Of a stretch of 64,000 nucleotides of DNA, positions 1-7,108 are shown in pieces. Made by a program: the position numbers and the translations under genes. A model generated the notes under the pieces. That model searched no databases, had not been told where the DNA came from, and saw only the letters and a program-made list of their open reading frames with translations. The stretch's first letter is position 1, and each line of letters starts with the position of its first letter. Source of the stretch: Bdellovibrionota bacterium (lineage in GTDB: Bacteria > Bdellovibrionota > Bdellovibrionia > Bdellovibrionales > JAMPXM01); contig CAUJGS010000106.1 in the NCBI GenBank assembly GCA_963170185.1, positions 2,905 through 66,904 on the forward strand. Direction: 5' to 3'.

Positions 1-4
1 GTCA

Positions 5-409
5 TTAAAGATTTTTGCGAATCTTGCATTCGTTGCTCTCTTTGAGTTTGGTTTTGTATTTCCGACCGAATCTTTCACTTAGACATTGGCTGGCATCTTC
101 CGCGATCACCGCATCCTCGCCGATTAAAGAGACACGACCGCCCGTTTTGAATTTTTTCACGCAGCCATCAAACTGCCCTGTCACGAACTCTTCGCAACTA
201 GACCGCGAAACCGCGAAACAATCTGTGAGCCCACCTTCGTCACAAAGATTCTTGCGAAGTTCAATCCGTAAACGTCCAAGAAACTGTTCACGCTTCATCG
301 TCGCGTCGACAGAACTCGCGTGAGACTCACCGAGACCCATCAACAGTCCCGCCAACAAACAAAGCGTAAGAAAGCTTACCCGCCCCAAATGGCCGAAATT
401 TTGCGACAT
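5..409 (-). CDS. small secreted six-cysteine protein, function unknown (paralog of 2554..2892)
   Basis: 134-aa ORF with a hydrophobic signal-like N-terminus (VSFLTLCLLAGLLMGLGESHA). The mature part has six Cys spaced C-7-C-7-C-10-C-25-C-18-C. This nearly matches the 2554..2967 ORF, including the shared LC....CF.V motif. The start codon is uncertain because no clear RBS is seen. Confidence 0.5.
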   Translation of the reverse strand: MSQNFGHLGRVSFLTLCLLAGLLMGLGESHASSVDATMKREQFLGRLRIELRKNLCDEGGLTDCFAVSRSSCEEFVTGQFDGCVKKFKTGGRVSLIGEDAVIAEDASQCLSERFGRKYKTKLKESNECKIRKNL

Positions 410-508
410 AACCCAATTTTCCGCCCTTGGGTTTCAAAATGATATAGCTTTCTGGTCGAGTTGAAGTCGAGGTCAGCGAATCGACATTTCCGTCTCAGTT
501 TGAGACCG

Positions 509-2533
509 CTATTTGGTGGTTCCTCGACTGCGGTTCGTCCGGACCTTCGACGGCCCACCGGAAGAAAGCCCCTCTGGGCAAAAGCCCGTGGACTCTCCTT
601 GGCAACAACCGGCCGCACTGGCCATGGCAAACGAGTTGTGCTTCTGCCAATTCGAAAACTGTCGCATCAGCTGTCGTTGATTTCTGGTCGCTGCTCGCGA
701 CAAGGCGGCTCCCTCGGTCATACGAATCGCCTGACCACCGCCACACACGCCGCCCGAATCGTATTTATAAACGTCGGCGTATTCGACCTGGTCCTCTTTA
801 AACGAGACCTTCGCGCAAGCATCAAAGTCGTCGGAAAACCAACGGACGTCATTCGGCATTCCACCTTCGGTATTGAACTTGATCATCTGTCCCGAACCGT
901 CCTCACCTATTCCAGACAATGTGGCTTCCCCACCCTCACAGCTCAAATTCCAATTCTGGCTCGGTGAGTAGCGGGCATGAAGTCCCATGAGCATTTCGCA
1001 AGTTCCGTTTGTCTGCTGAATCTCTTTGAGTTGTTCATCGCGAGACAGGCCGAACAAAAATGCATCTGTCAGATCCGAACGCTCGTTGGAAGCCGCACAC
1101 CGCTCTTTATCCGAATCGTAAGCGATCGTGACGAACTGGCCCGGATTGCCACCACCGCAGTGCACGTCGCCCATATGAAACGCTGTCTCAGAGACGGCCG
1201 CAAACGCCTTCGAACCGACAAATCCGATGCCCTTTAAACCATACTTCGCCATTCCCGCCAGATCTCCTGCGGCCACGCTCGAAATCTTCGCCATCGCCGC
1301 GCGACCGGCCTTGGCCACAGATTGTACGACACCATTGTTGATACCAGGCATATGGCCCCACCGGGTGATGGGGTGATCGAAAAATTGAAGACTTCTTTGG
1401 CGAGCAAATTGCGCCAATTCCTTCTGATCGAGAAACGCCTTGCCCTTTAGCTGCCCATAATTCAGATCGTGAGCAGCACCCTGCAACAGGCTTCCGCGAA
1501 GCTGCAAGTTGCGACGCACTCCTTCTGCAGACACCATTCGCTCGACGAAATCCGGCGAATAGCCAAGCCCCTTGAGATAGGCAGCCTTGCCGCTCATCTG
1601 CGACATGTCCGCAAATGTATCGAGTTCCAATAGCGCTTTTTGATAAGCCGCTTTCAACGCCGGGTCCGACAAGTTCGCGATCTTTTCCGCGCGAATTGTG
1701 TCTCTCATATCCCAGACACGCAGTTTTTTTAGCGTCTCGGCATCAATGAACTCGGTCTTTCCCTGCAAGTTGAAATTGGCAGAAAACTTTCCGAAGTCAG
1801 CCACCATGTCGGCGTAACCGCCCGCCGTTCGGTATTGCGCTTTAAGCTTTGCGATGTCATCCAGCATCCACTGCTTGTGCACAGCGAGTTTCCCGGTGGT
1901 GTCGGCACGAACTTGCCGCTCGAGCTGATCAAGACCGTCGACAAACTGCTTGCGAACTTCCGCATCGGAAACTTCGATCTTCTTCAACGCATCAGGCGCC
2001 TTCTGCGCCATTATGCGATCCAACATCTCACCTCTTATCGCCTTGGATTCGCGAAAGTGTTCGTCGGACATATCACGAAACTCTTTGCCAAGTTCCTTGG
2101 TCGGAAACCGGCAACTAGAGGGCGCGGACTCGGCCATCGGACCAAAGAAGCCCAAGGCCAACATCGCCCACACAGGCCTTCCTTCGGCTTCGTCTTTCAA
2201 AATCGAATTTAGAGACGACACTGTACGACCAGGCATCAAACACGCCATCAAGCCGGGACGCGCTTTATATGCTCCGATACCCGCCGCTACCGAAGCCGCT
2301 ACTCCGCCTCCGATTAGACCCGCGCGATACTCGTTACATTCTCTAAGATTCAATCCACTGCATTCGAAAGTCCCCTTGAGTTCGTCAATCATCGCGCCCA
2401 GTTCATCGGGATTCGTCGGGCAGGATTTTGCGCTCGCCGTTGCAACTGGTTGTGCAAGTGTCGGTGCCGACAAGCCCAAAATGGACAAAACAAGAGCCGA
2501 ATAAAACGGCCGCGCGATTCGCATCGTTCCCAT
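509..2533 (-). CDS. large secreted Cys-rich protein, function unknown
   Basis: The open frame runs to 2563 (GTG), giving 684 aa. Internal ATGs lie at 2548, 2533 and 2524, ahead of the signal peptide MRIARPFYSALVLSILGLSAPTLAQP. GGGAAG lies 7 nt upstream of the ATG at 2533. The C-terminal half is Cys/Gly-rich. I recognise no family. Confidence 0.55.
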   Translation of the reverse strand: MGTMRIARPFYSALVLSILGLSAPTLAQPVATASAKSCPTNPDELGAMIDELKGTFECSGLNLRECNEYRAGLIGGGVAASVAAGIGAYKARPGLMACLMPGRTVSSLNSILKDEAEGRPVWAMLALGFFGPMAESAPSSCRFPTKELGKEFRDMSDEHFRESKAIRGEMLDRIMAQKAPDALKKIEVSDAEVRKQFVDGLDQLERQVRADTTGKLAVHKQWMLDDIAKLKAQYRTAGGYADMVADFGKFSANFNLQGKTEFIDAETLKKLRVWDMRDTIRAEKIANLSDPALKAAYQKALLELDTFADMSQMSGKAAYLKGLGYSPDFVERMVSAEGVRRNLQLRGSLLQGAAHDLNYGQLKGKAFLDQKELAQFARQRSLQFFDHPITRWGHMPGINNGVVQSVAKAGRAAMAKISSVAAGDLAGMAKYGLKGIGFVGSKAFAAVSETAFHMGDVHCGGGNPGQFVTIAYDSDKERCAASNERSDLTDAFLFGLSRDEQLKEIQQTNGTCEMLMGLHARYSPSQNWNLSCEGGEATLSGIGEDGSGQMIKFNTEGGMPNDVRWFSDDFDACAKVSFKEDQVEYADVYKYDSGGVCGGGQAIRMTEGAALSRAATRNQRQLMRQFSNWQKHNSFAMASAAGCCQGESTGFCPEGLSSGGPSKVRTNRSRGTTK

Positions 2534-2553
2534 TTGCGGTCTTCCCATTTTTA

Positions 2554-2892
2554 TCACTGCCACTTCTCTCTGTTACGACAATCCGTCGAGGCCGACTTTC
2601 GATCTGACCAAGATTTTTCAACCCGTGCTCCCACGCAAAGACCCATCTTCGTATGCAGTGGAATCATTTCGGTCACGCCCTTCGTCACGCCCGCACACTT
2701 CTTGACGGCTTGGCGCAAGGTCTTTCGACAAACAGGTTGTGTGACTTCGAAACATTTTCGGAAGTAGGACTCATCGGCGCAAAGAAGCTCGACAAATGCG
2801 GTTTCAGACTGAGCGTCCCAAATTGGCTTCGCGATCGCCTGCTTTGCCATCGAAAGCGCGAAAATCCCCAAAAAAATTAAACGACTAAACAT
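2554..2892 (-). CDS. small secreted six-cysteine protein, function unknown (paralog of 5..409)
   Basis: The ORF extends to 2967. The signal peptide MFSRLIFLGIFALSMAKQAIA begins at the ATG at 2892. A strong terminator at 2971-3004 leaves no room for a promoter if the start were 2967. Six Cys are spaced C-8-C-7-C-10-C-19-C-18-C. Confidence 0.5.
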   Translation of the reverse strand: MFSRLIFLGIFALSMAKQAIAKPIWDAQSETAFVELLCADESYFRKCFEVTQPVCRKTLRQAVKKCAGVTKGVTEMIPLHTKMGLCVGARVEKSWSDRKSASTDCRNREKWQ

Positions 2893-2970
2893 CCGCCCCA
2901 CATACTCTTTTCGGCAGATTTCCATACTGTCTCCACATTGAGACTGTCTAATTTTGATACAAAGCATGGT

Positions 2971-3004
2971 AAATAAAAAACCCCGGGAGGTTTCCCTCCC
3001 AGGG
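2971..3004 (-). terminator. rho-independent terminator (minus strand)
   Basis: The minus-strand RNA reads CCCUGGGAGG-GAAA-CCUCCCGGGG, a 10-bp stem with one G-U pair and a GAAA loop. It is followed by UUUUUUAUUU. Confidence 0.7.
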
Positions 3005-3315
3005 TGGGCTTGAGAGTCGTCGTCTGTGGGCCACGACTCACTTATGTTTCTTAAATAAAATTTCTCGCGCCCAAATGGCTTAGCGTCTTAGCCCTTTCGC
3101 TCTCACCACTCGCGAGTTTTTTCTCCTCATAATTTCCGCGTTTTCAAAACACTCGTTTAAATTTTCGAACCCCTCGGCGATCTCATGATCACCGGCGGGT
3201 CCGAATGTTTTGTGCCACGGTCGCAGGGCTCCACTCGAAATCACACTGTCATAGGTGCTTCCAAGTCGCGGAGCTTGAGACCGGAAGAAGCACCTGCATC
3301 CGGCTTCTTCCAAAT

Positions 3316-3350
3316 CCCCTAGCGAACGCCGTTGGCAATTCGACTAGGGG
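3316..3350 (-). terminator. imperfect long hairpin just 3' of the flagellin stop (weak terminator or mRNA stabiliser)
   Basis: Minus strand: ccccTAG-t-CGAA-tt-GCC-aac-GGC-g-TTCG-c-CTAGGGG, about 14 bp in total. It is followed only by AUUUGG, so termination efficiency is doubtful. Confidence 0.3.
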
Positions 3351-3372
3351 GTTTATTCGTTGGCACTTACTC

Positions 3373-4200
3373 TTACGAGATCAGTCGCAATGCTTGCGCC
3401 GGCGTTTGGTTGGCTTGCGCCATGACCGAAATCGCAGACTGCTGCAAGACTTGGGCGGATGCGAGCTCCGCACTTTCTCTTGCTACGTCAGCGTCACGGA
3501 TGCGCGAATACGCCGCAGAAAGGTTTTCGTACTGAATGTCCAAATTCGAAGTCGTAGTATTCAATCGGCTTTGGACCGCACCGAAGTCGGCGCGCATCTT
3601 TCCGATTTCGATGAGGGCATCATCGACCGAAGACAAGAGCGAACGAGCGTCTGATTTACCCGTAACCGAAACGCCGTCGATTCCAAGACGCGAACTGGTC
3701 GCATCGGCCGTCATCTTGTAGTTGATGATATTTTCGTCTCCGCCATAAGGACCGACGTGAAACTCAAGTTCCTCGCCGGTTCCATCAAGCAATGTTTTCG
3801 AACCGAATCTCGTGGTTTTGGCGATCCGATCACTTTCTTGAACAAGCTGCTGCACCTCTTGATCAAGAAAGGCTCGCTCGTCATCACCGATGTTGTCGGA
3901 CGCGGCTTGAACACCGAGCTCACGAAGACGAATCAAGATATTGTTGATCTCACTTAAGCCCCCCTCAGAAACCTGCACCAAAGAAACGGCGTTGAAGGCG
4001 TTCTGCCTTGCCATCGCAAGACCGCGCGTCTGGCCTTTGATGTTTTCCGAAATCGCGAGACCCGCAGCATCGTCGGCCGCGTTCACGATTCGACTTCCTG
4101 AAGACAAGGCCGCCAAAGCGTGTGCTCCGCGACTTTGTTGTGTACCCAACTGTCGTTGAGCGTTGATCGCCGCAACGTTGGTAGAAATTCTCAAGCCCAT
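3373..4200 (-). CDS. fliC: flagellin (short, 275 aa)
   Basis: The N-terminus MGLRISTNVAAINAQRQL..SSGSRIVNAADDAAGLAISE and the C-terminus ..LASAQVLQQSAISVMAQANQTPAQALRLIS are the conserved flagellin D0/D1 segments. GGAG lies 8 nt upstream of the ATG at 4200. The ORF-track extension to 4374 is rejected. Confidence 0.93.
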   Translation of the reverse strand: MGLRISTNVAAINAQRQLGTQQSRGAHALAALSSGSRIVNAADDAAGLAISENIKGQTRGLAMARQNAFNAVSLVQVSEGGLSEINNILIRLRELGVQAASDNIGDDERAFLDQEVQQLVQESDRIAKTTRFGSKTLLDGTGEELEFHVGPYGGDENIINYKMTADATSSRLGIDGVSVTGKSDARSLLSSVDDALIEIGKMRADFGAVQSRLNTTTSNLDIQYENLSAAYSRIRDADVARESAELASAQVLQQSAISVMAQANQTPAQALRLIS

Positions 4201-4208
4201 ACGTACCA

Positions 4209-4223
4209 CTCCTTCTTGTCCAA
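4209..4223 (-). promoter_or_regulatory. candidate CsrA-binding GGA pair overlapping the Shine-Dalgarno of flagellin 1
   Basis: The minus-strand leader reads uuUUGGACAagaAGGAGugguacguAUG. It carries two GGA motifs 9 nt apart, and the second lies inside the SD. Confidence 0.35.
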
Positions 4224-4632
4224 AACGGACAATCCCACAGCCGCTTGCGCCTATCGCAAGCGGGGCGCCTTGCGCGAAGGCCCCTTCGCGCATGACGTTT
4301 CGTTTCCAAAGCCTTTCAAGTGGGACGGTCCCGAGGTGACCGAGATTGGCTCTCAGGTGCGGTGACTGCCACACGCTGATCGCGCCTCTCGGGCCTCGGG
4401 CTCTATCGAAGGAGGGTGTTTACAGTGACTGCTGAAACGCTCTTCTTAACGACTGCCCCAATGTGTTTTCCGTACGCCTAACTTCTCGGCTTAGGTCCAG
4501 AAGACTTGAGACCTTGGTCCAGTCCAGTTCATAACGCCGTGCGTCTAGTTGGCGAAAAGACGATGGGATTGGGGATTAAAAATATTTTGAAGGCTGGCTA
4601 AAGGTCTAGGTCCTAGACCTCGGTTTGGTTTC

Positions 4633-4662
4633 AAAACAAAACGCCACCCGAAAGCGAGTGGC
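4633..4662 (-). terminator. rho-independent terminator after the 4735..5121 gene
   Basis: The minus-strand RNA reads GCCACUCG-CUUU-CGGGUGGC, an 8-bp stem with one G-U pair. It is followed by GUUUUGUUUUGA. Confidence 0.6.
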
Positions 4663-4734
4663 CTTCACCTTGGATATTCGACCGGTATTCGATCGAACGA
4701 TTCGCCGAAAGCGCTCGGCCTCAGCGAACGTCGG

Positions 4735-5121
4735 CTAGCGGAACATCGGCTGAGCAGCGCAATCGACGGATTCGACCGAGTAAGCACCCCAGTCCTTCGC
4801 TTGGTGATCGTAGTGATCGCCGTAGAAACTGACTACGACGGCCGTGCGGCTATGAGCGCCGTTGCTCAAAATCAAAACTGTCGTGAAGCGCTTGTCGACG
4901 ATGCCCTGATCGACGCGAATAGATTCTTCGCTGGCGCCCATTACACCCACGTGTTCGAACGTGCCGCACTTCTGTGCCAGTTCAATTGCGATCAGACGCT
5001 GATGGCGCAACTCATAGTTAGAGCCTTGGATTTCAATGCTTGCTCCGAATGCCGAGACCGACACCAAAACCAAACCAGCAAATACGAAAGTCAGAAACTT
5101 CATCGCCTTAAGATGTACCAT
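4735..5121 (-). CDS. small secreted protein, function unknown
   Basis: 128-aa ORF with signal peptide MKFLTFVFAGLVLVSVSAFGA. GAGGGG lies 8 nt upstream of the ATG at 5121. It sits between the two flagellin genes and has its own terminator. Confidence 0.55.
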   Translation of the reverse strand: MVHLKAMKFLTFVFAGLVLVSVSAFGASIEIQGSNYELRHQRLIAIELAQKCGTFEHVGVMGASEESIRVDQGIVDKRFTTVLILSNGAHSRTAVVVSFYGDHYDHQAKDWGAYSVESVDCAAQPMFR

Positions 5122-5254
5122 TGGAACGCCCCTCTTTCTTTGGGGCGATTTCTATATCTGAACAGGCCCGCTCACAAGAGCCGTCCGACGAAGTTGAAAA
5201 AACACCGAAAGCGCAGCCACTTGGCGCATCGCATTTCAAAAAAGAAGGTGGCAC

Positions 5255-6082
5255 TTATAGGAGTTTTAGGGCGCGGGCGGGGTTTTGATTGGCTTGCGCC
5301 AAAACGGAGATACCGAAATCTTGCAGAACTTGCGCTTGAGCGAGCTCGGCCGTTTCAAAGGCGTAATCGGTGTCGGAGATTCTCGAACGCGCAGCCGACA
5401 CGTTTTCTCTTTGCACATCGAGATTGTTGCCCGCGATTTCCAACCGTCCTTGGATGGCGCCAAAACCCGCTCTGGCATTGGCTAAGATCAGAAGCGATTC
5501 GTCGAGATCTTCGAGTACACTCTGCGCTTCATCTTGATCGGAGACCCCCATCCCCGAAAGACCAAGAGAGCTTGAGCGCGTGTCCGCATCCAAGCGATAG
5601 CGCACGACATCCGTCTTCGGATCCCCCGAAGTTCCCAAGAAAAACTCAAACTCTTCATTTGAGCCGACAAGAAGTTGTCGCTGACCAAAGCGCGTCGACT
5701 GCGCAATGCGGTCGGCTTCCGCAACGAGTTGTTGAAACTCGACATCCAAAAACTCGCGCTCGTCGTCGCTAACCGTGTCACTGGCAGATTGCACGGCGAT
5801 CTCCCTTAAGCGAACGACGATATTGTTTTGCTCCGCCAGTCCCCCTTCGGCCACTTGAATCAGGCCGATTGCATTGTCCGCGTTTTTGCGCGCCTGTGCG
5901 AGACCGCGCTCTTGCCCCCGTAACTGTTCGGAAATCGCAAATCCCGCAGCGTCGTCTCCTGGTCGCGCGATTCGACTTCCCGATGAGAGCCGGGAAAATA
6001 CCCGCTCCAAACGATCACCCGTTTTTCTGAGATTGTTTCCAGCCGCGATCGCAGCTACGTTTGTACCAATCCGAAGTCCCAT
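5255..6082 (-). CDS. fliC: flagellin (short, 275 aa), paralog of 3373..4200
   Basis: MGLRIGTNVAAIAAGNNL..SSGSRIARPGDDAAGFAISE and the C-terminus ..LAQAQVLQDFGISVLAQANQNPARALKLL are flagellin segments. It is the same length as the first flagellin and, by eye, about half the positions are identical. Confidence 0.93.
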   Translation of the reverse strand: MGLRIGTNVAAIAAGNNLRKTGDRLERVFSRLSSGSRIARPGDDAAGFAISEQLRGQERGLAQARKNADNAIGLIQVAEGGLAEQNNIVVRLREIAVQSASDTVSDDEREFLDVEFQQLVAEADRIAQSTRFGQRQLLVGSNEEFEFFLGTSGDPKTDVVRYRLDADTRSSSLGLSGMGVSDQDEAQSVLEDLDESLLILANARAGFGAIQGRLEIAGNNLDVQRENVSAARSRISDTDYAFETAELAQAQVLQDFGISVLAQANQNPARALKLL

Positions 6083-6127
6083 TTAGGCCGTCACCTTCAA
6101 GCCCACTTAAGGGCTTAAAAAAATCGG

Positions 6128-6147
6128 CGACTCCTTCCGTGGAGTCG
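6128..6147 (-). promoter_or_regulatory. candidate CsrA-binding hairpin in the flagellin 2 leader
   Basis: Minus strand: CGACUCC-ACGGAA-GGAGUCG, a 7-bp stem presenting GGA in a 6-nt loop. It lies about 45 nt upstream of the ATG. A second hairpin, AAGCCC-UUAAGU-GGGCUU (6099-6116), abuts the GAAGGUGA SD. Confidence 0.35.
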
Positions 6148-6327
6148 GGCGCCCCGGAACCTCACCCACTGGCCAAAAGGCTTAGAGTCTTCGAGGGCCG
6201 GTATCCAGCGCTTCAGCAGTCAGATAACTCTTCGGAGCGGTGCGTCATAACTTAAGAAGATTATTGCTGCGACGCATAAAGTGTTTGTAATTGTTATGGT
6301 TTTATAGAACCAAATGATGCAAGTGTC

Positions 6328-7080
6328 TCATCGTAAGGCGTATCGTGCCCGGTGAACAGAAAGACAAACGAAGAGCAGGGTCCGAGCCTCTTCCTGACCA
6401 AGGTCGTGAAACCGGAAGCTCACCGCATGGCCATCTTGAGGGCGGTCAAGGTTCTCGGGACCGTGATCTCGCACGCACTCTATGACCACGGACGCCGTTT
6501 TCTCTTCCGCGGTGCCACGCACAGCCGGAGGCGAAAGCTTGAGTTCGGCATCAAACGACTGCTTCACTCGCGGAGTCATTCCAAGAGTGGATGTCGGCCA
6601 CAACACTCGCATTCCGCCCGCCGATAGATCGAGAATCGTCAGCTCACGGCGCTTTTCAACAATCGTCGTATCGTCAATCTGAAGCGCGACGACATAACCT
6701 TCGGTCCGCACACTCACCCGAAAATCACTGCGACGCTGAAGTTTGAGAATCGACTGCCCCGCACTCAACGTAAACGTCGTGAGAGACACGTCGGACACTC
6801 GCTCGCGAATCGCGTACTGCCCGTCGACCAAACTGATCACCACTTCGACTTCGACATCCGCCGCCATATCTTCCTGAAAAACAGAGGCCAGAAGAGGTGT
6901 CGTCCCGTCGACGTCACGTTTTAGGGAAAACACGAGGCTCATGCCGCTGAGACCTCGAATCTCCAGAGGAACCGTGCGCCCGCCTCGCGTTTCACAATGC
7001 GCCTCTGCGCGATCCGCTAGGGCCGCGCTAAGAACTCGCGCTATTTCATCTCTGGAGGTGACAACGACAACGTCACTCAT
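6328..7080 (-). CDS. PilZ-domain c-di-GMP receptor, YcgR-like (flagellar brake-like)
   Basis: 250 aa. It carries RRSDFR (RxxxR, aa 116-121) and DLSAGG (D/NxSxxG, aa 151-156) about 30 aa apart. The N-terminal ~110 aa are compatible with a YcgR/PilZN domain. It lies directly upstream of a flagellin gene. Confidence 0.75.
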   Translation of the reverse strand: MSDVVVVTSRDEIARVLSAALADRAEAHCETRGGRTVPLEIRGLSGMSLVFSLKRDVDGTTPLLASVFQEDMAADVEVEVVISLVDGQYAIRERVSDVSLTTFTLSAGQSILKLQRRSDFRVSVRTEGYVVALQIDDTTIVEKRRELTILDLSAGGMRVLWPTSTLGMTPRVKQSFDAELKLSPPAVRGTAEEKTASVVIECVRDHGPENLDRPQDGHAVSFRFHDLGQEEARTLLFVCLSVHRARYALR

Positions 7081-7108
7081 AGGTCACACGATACCAATGC
7101 GTGGAGAC

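Noticed and set aside
3080-3313. A 77-aa ORF downstream of flagellin 1, considered as a real gene (FlaG- or FliS-like).
   Set aside because: It has no recognisable flagellar-protein motifs and no convincing RBS. It is enriched in AGA/AGG/CTA/TTA codons. I kept it only as part of the 3'-UTR/sRNA question in the findings.
3361-3376. TGGCAC hexamers resembling sigma-54 -24 boxes at 3361 (plus strand, at the flagellin-1 stop), 62669 (inside tatA), 33613, 40051 and 22713.
   Set aside because: None has TTGC at the required GG-N10-GC spacing. They also lie inside coding regions or face no downstream gene. Only the 34281-34296 site fits fully.
4201-4374. The ORF track extends flagellin 1 by 58 codons upstream, giving a 333-aa ORF.
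   Set aside because: The canonical flagellin N-terminus MGLRISTNV starts at the ATG at 4200, with GGAG 8 nt upstream. The extension coincides with two strong hairpins, has no flagellin homology, and would make this paralog unlike the 275-aa second copy.
4801-5772. Long antisense or shadow ORFs: 4801..5772 (+), 26102..27016 (+), 41504..42382 (+), 51367..52158 (+), 21871..22590 (+), 58145..58723 (-), 61185..61814 (-), and others.
   Set aside because: Each lies opposite to, or out of frame with, a gene that has clear family motifs (flagellin, FlgK, RecA, SLT enzyme, CRTAC1, helicase, PcnB). Their translations are Arg/Ser/His-rich with no recognisable motifs, which is typical of GC-rich antisense frames.
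6150-6260. Sigma-28 (FliA) promoters upstream of the two flagellin genes. Candidates are TAAG-N14-TCCGAAGA about 155 nt upstream of flagellin 2, GCCGATTT at ~6121-6128, and CTAAG-N17-CGGAAAA about 280 nt upstream of flagellin 1.
   Set aside because: No candidate combines a good TAAA -35 element with a GCCGATAA -10 element at 15-nt spacing. GCCGATTT has no -35 partner. I cannot distinguish these from chance without TSS data or a species-specific FliA motif.
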